From: an uncultured Candidatus Saccharibacteria bacterium | GTDB lineage: Bacteria; Patescibacteriota; Minisyncoccia; UBA6257; Colwellbacteraceae | Length of the DNA stretch: 64,000 nucleotides | Direction: 5' to 3' | Assembly: GCA_964559765.1 (NCBI GenBank) | Contig: CAZLHU010000001.1 | Coordinates: 9,242 to 73,241 of the forward strand | Shown here: positions 59,564 to 64,000 of the stretch, in pieces | How the letters are laid out: each line of letters starts with the position of its first letter | Position numbering within the stretch: position 1 is the first letter of the stretch | Notes under the pieces: generated by a model | What the model saw: only the letters and a program-made list of their open reading frames with translations | Databases searched by the model: none | What the model was told of the DNA's origin: nothing | Made by a program: the position numbers and the translations under genes

Positions 59564-60187
59564 TTACAACCCTAGATTGGTACCGACCTGATACCAACAA
59601 TACGAAGCTGTGCCATTCGCTGGCGTGCAGTTTTGGGTTGAAGTCGCCGCGCTATATTGAACTTCCTTCCCGACGAATTTTACGCTCTCAAGATGAGCCG
59701 CAAGCTTGTAAGTATAGTTTGTCGTAGTGCTGTCGTAGCCATACATATAGTACGTGCTGTTTGTCGGATCTACCGGCAATAGCGTTAACGGCGAACCGCC
59801 GGGTAGGCTGGTAAAGTTCACATCAACCCAGCCATAACCGTTCACACTCCTCATGGTCGTTGTGGGCGTCGATACGGGAACCGTACACGGGGTTGTTGTT
59901 GAGTTGTTGTTGAACGGATACTGCTGCGGAGTTCCAGTCGCAGTGCATCCGCCCCCAAGGCCGAAACCGGCAAAATTAAGGACCGGTGGGAATGTTGGCG
60001 ACTCGGACAGATACGTGTTTAACGCCGTCCTTAAGGTGTCTAGGTCCGAGATTCTCTGGCCATCCCTGGCTTGCGCCAAGAGTTCGGCCGGGTTGAGGAT
60101 AATGGTCACGGCTGCGGCCAAGACCCCTAAGATAGCGATGACGATCAAGAGCTCGATTAGGGTAAAACCCTTTTTAGTATTAAACAT
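59564..60187 (-). CDS. Type IV pilin
   Basis: KKG|FTLIELLIVIAILGVL and LPVDP motifs. Confidence 0.93.
   Translation of the reverse strand: MFNTKKGFTLIELLIVIAILGVLAAAVTIILNPAELLAQARDGQRISDLDTLRTALNTYLSESPTFPPVLNFAGFGLGGGCTATGTPQQYPFNNNSTTTPCTVPVSTPTTTMRSVNGYGWVDVNFTSLPGGSPLTLLPVDPTNSTYYMYGYDSTTTNYTYKLAAHLESVKFVGKEVQYSAATSTQNCTPANGTASYCWYQVGTNLGL
60044..60178. repeat. 135-bp exact direct repeat, copy 1 (pilin N-terminus)
   Basis: Identical to 60894-61028 by direct comparison. Confidence 0.95.
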
Positions 60188-60317
60188 AAATGACTAGTTT
60201 ATATATTGACTTGGACGGAAAGCACAAGCAAATATTTGCTTCAAATATAGTGTATAGCAATCGTCTATTGATATAAAGCATTCGACGATATTGGACTGTG
60301 GATAAGGGGGAGAGCAC

Positions 60318-60355
60318 AAAAACTGCCTTAAGCGCGATGCTTAAGGCAGTTTTTT
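60318..60355 (-). terminator. Intrinsic terminator between the two pilins
   Basis: AAAACTGCCTTAAGC/GCTTAAGGCAGTTTT stem. Confidence 0.8.
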
Positions 60356-60377
60356 CGAAACTAACTAGGTAAATCTT

Positions 60378-61040
60378 CTATAAACCTAGGTTTGTGCCGA
60401 CCTGATAGAAACAGTGCGCATCGGTCGGACTCGGACTACCACCAGGAACGCAAGCTATGGTTGAGGTAGACGCATCGTATTGGATTTCCTTTGATCCAAA
60501 TTTTACGCTTTCCAGACGAGTTGCGAGCTTGAATGAGTAGTTGGGAGCTACGGCCGTGTTGTCACCTACGTAACAATACGCATAGTTACCAGTGTTAACG
60601 GGATCCACCGGCAGAACTGCCAGCGGCGAACCGCCGGGCAAGCTAGCCAGATTCACATCAACCCAACCAACACCAGTAGTAAGCCTGACGGTGGCTGCGG
60701 AAGAAGATGTGGCGATTGGAGTAAGACCAGCAGTGGTGCTTGCATAACCAAATGGCACGACGCTGCTGCTAGTGGCACTGCATCCGCCTCCGCCGTAAGC
60801 TGTTCCGCCCTGGCTGTAGCCAGCTAGGTCCAGATTTGGCGTTGTTGTTACCTGCGATAAATAGGTGTTAATTGCCGTCCTTACCGTATCCATGTCCGAG
60901 ATTCTCTGGCCATCCCTGGCTTGCGCCAAGAGTTCGGCCGGGTTGAGGATAATGGTCACGGCTGCGGCCAAGACCCCTAAGATAGCGATGACGATCAAGA
61001 GCTCGATTAGGGTAAAACCCTTTTTAGTTACTTCTTTCAT
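60378..61040 (-). CDS. Type IV pilin (likely the major pilin)
   Basis: KKG|FTLIELL; has its own promoter, leader and strong terminator. Confidence 0.93.
   Translation of the reverse strand: MKEVTKKGFTLIELLIVIAILGVLAAAVTIILNPAELLAQARDGQRISDMDTVRTAINTYLSQVTTTPNLDLAGYSQGGTAYGGGGCSATSSSVVPFGYASTTAGLTPIATSSSAATVRLTTGVGWVDVNLASLPGGSPLAVLPVDPVNTGNYAYCYVGDNTAVAPNYSFKLATRLESVKFGSKEIQYDASTSTIACVPGGSPSPTDAHCFYQVGTNLGL
60894..61028. repeat. 135-bp exact direct repeat, copy 2
   Basis: Identical to 60044-60178. Confidence 0.95.
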
Positions 61041-61163
61041 TTATTATCTTTAAATCGACTTATTATCTTATTTGATGACTATTAAAAACCTCGACCTTTA
61101 TTGGGATTTACATACATTATATCCTCATGCACCAGATACTCAAACAACACTTATTCACAACCA

Positions 61164-61550
61164 CTATTTGGACGAGGAGTTCAGGAGCTCCTGGACCTTT
61201 GTAACTAGGTCCTCTATGGATATTTTGGCTTTGACGTAGTATTCGATGGCGCCCAATTGCTTGCCCCTCGATATGTCGTCGTCCTGACCAAGATTGGAGA
61301 TTATTACTATAGGGGCCTTCTTTAGCAATGGGTTTCTCTGTATCTCTTCCATCACCTCGAAACCAGACTTCTTTGGTAAGATCAGATCCAAAAGGATTAG
61401 GTCTGGTCTCGTATTCTTTAGCACACCCAAAGCCTCCTCGCCGTCTCCGGCGCGGATTATATTAAGACCGTCTCTACCCAACCTATTGCTCAATAGCTGG
61501 GATAGGAATGAGTCGTCTTCGACTATCATTACAGTTTTGCTAGTCGCCAT
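61164..61550 (-). CDS. Single-domain response regulator
   Basis: VEDD, LLD..LP..G and K receiver residues. Confidence 0.92.
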   Translation of the reverse strand: MATSKTVMIVEDDSFLSQLLSNRLGRDGLNIIRAGDGEEALGVLKNTRPDLILLDLILPKKSGFEVMEEIQRNPLLKKAPIVIISNLGQDDDISRGKQLGAIEYYVKAKISIEDLVTKVQELLNSSSK

Positions 61551-61775
61551 ATCACTTATATTAGCACACTTTATATTAATTTGACTTATTTGTTGTCGCC
61601 TAAAAACCGATGCATACCAGCGATATCACCTAATTATATTGGTTCCAGGCATAGAATAGAAAACTTTTTAGTTATCCCAAAGCTATACAGTCTAGGTTAC
61701 CCTAGAAGGAATCGAGACTTAAATGGCTCCTCGATCAATACCTATATCTGACAATATGTGTCAGATTCGTTCTTT

Positions 61776-63314
<1,539 letters not shown>

Positions 63315-63488
63315 ACTTCCGATAGCCTTCGGAACATAAATGCTCCGGGACCAGTCGAAAGTAAAGTGCTTTGGGACAACTAAAAAATTCTCTATATTTA
63401 CTCTATTATTATTGTTTGAACCTTTACCAATTTGGTTATTATGCTTTGTTTACTTGTAAATGACCTGTCATCATTAGTGAGCAGGGAT

Positions 63489-63517
63489 ATATTAAGGCCT
63501 TGGCTTAGGCTTGTCAA
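63489..63517 (-). promoter_or_regulatory. sigma70 promoter of the 16S gene
   Basis: TTGACA-N17-TAATAT, followed by a hairpin and boxA-like GGTCATTTACAA. Confidence 0.7.
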
Positions 63518-63548
63518 ACCCAGCCCGCCAGTGGTAATCTAAGTCGCA

Positions 63549-63812
63549 ATGAAGGAAAAAATACACCCAACATACTACCCAAAAGCCAAGGTTAAATGCG
63601 CTTGCGGATACGAATTCTTGGTCGGTTCGACCAGGCCCGAGCTACAAATCGAAATTTGCAGCAACTGCCACCCTTTCTATACAGGTAAGGAGAAATTGAT
63701 CGACACCGCAGGGCGAATCGAGCGCTTTGCTTCGCGACGCTCTAAGGCCGTTGAGCCGGCAGCTAAAAAGAAGGTCCGACGCGCTGCGACCAAGGCCAAG
63801 CCAAAGAAATAG
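63549..63812 (+). CDS. rpmE: 50S ribosomal protein L31 (zinc-binding type)
   Basis: [20 protein letters not shown] and GR.ERF motifs. Confidence 0.97.
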   Translation: MKEKIHPTYYPKAKVKCACGYEFLVGSTRPELQIEICSNCHPFYTGKEKLIDTAGRIERFASRRSKAVEPAAKKKVRRAATKAKPKK

Positions 63813-63849
63813 GCTTGTCGAATTCTTGAATAGAATATAGTCATAGCTT

Positions 63850-64000
63850 ATGACTACTAATAAAATAATTTTGGAAGTGAGAGCCGGGGCCGGCGGAGAC
63901 GAGGCCTCTATTTTCGCTGGCGACCTCGCTAGGATGTACCAACGGTATGCCGCTAGGCGCAATTGGAAGTTCATCTTATTGGATTCGAGCGAGGGAACTA
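63850..64000 (+). CDS. prfA: Peptide chain release factor 1, N-terminally short (runs off the window)
   Basis: [30 protein letters not shown]; follows rpmE. Confidence 0.85.
   Translation, partial: MTTNKIILEVRAGAGGDEASIFAGDLARMYQRYAARRNWKFILLDSSEGT

Noticed and set aside
59564-61040. Diversity-generating retroelement or shufflon acting on the pilins
   Set aside because: There is no reverse transcriptase or recombinase in the window, and the repeat is exact and direct, with no adenine-specific differences.

Overview
The window is a 64-kb chromosomal segment that looks like a Patescibacteria (CPR, Parcubacteria-like) genome. That assignment is inferred from a divergent 16S, unlinked rRNA genes, an N-terminally truncated RF1, a CPR-style type IV pilus locus and many Ser/Thr-rich secreted proteins. 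Left to right it holds: mltG and rodA; a 23S-5S unit carrying an ORF-less group I intron at E. coli position 2593 plus helix expansions; a surface-protein cluster (6.4-14.2 kb); an accessory metabolic and membrane-gene region (14-42 kb); nrdJ; ftsZ-ftsA-ybeY-yqeY-rpsU-HIT-hisS-lepB; pth; a type IV pilus locus; a solitary 16S gene; rpmE; and the start of prfA. No tRNA, CRISPR array, transposase or prophage was seen. The strongest unexplained signals are non-coding. The 16S lacks the anti-Shine-Dalgarno sequence, while many transcription-unit-first genes carry a GTCG motif 15-20 nt before ATG. A conserved hairpin followed by a boxA-like sequence precedes several mRNAs as well as both rRNA genes. 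Two highly structured intergenic RNAs lie at about 35.4 and 36.3 kb. A roughly 21-bp hairpin would sequester the intron's 5' splice site. All calls come from reading the sequence by eye; no database search or folding program was run.
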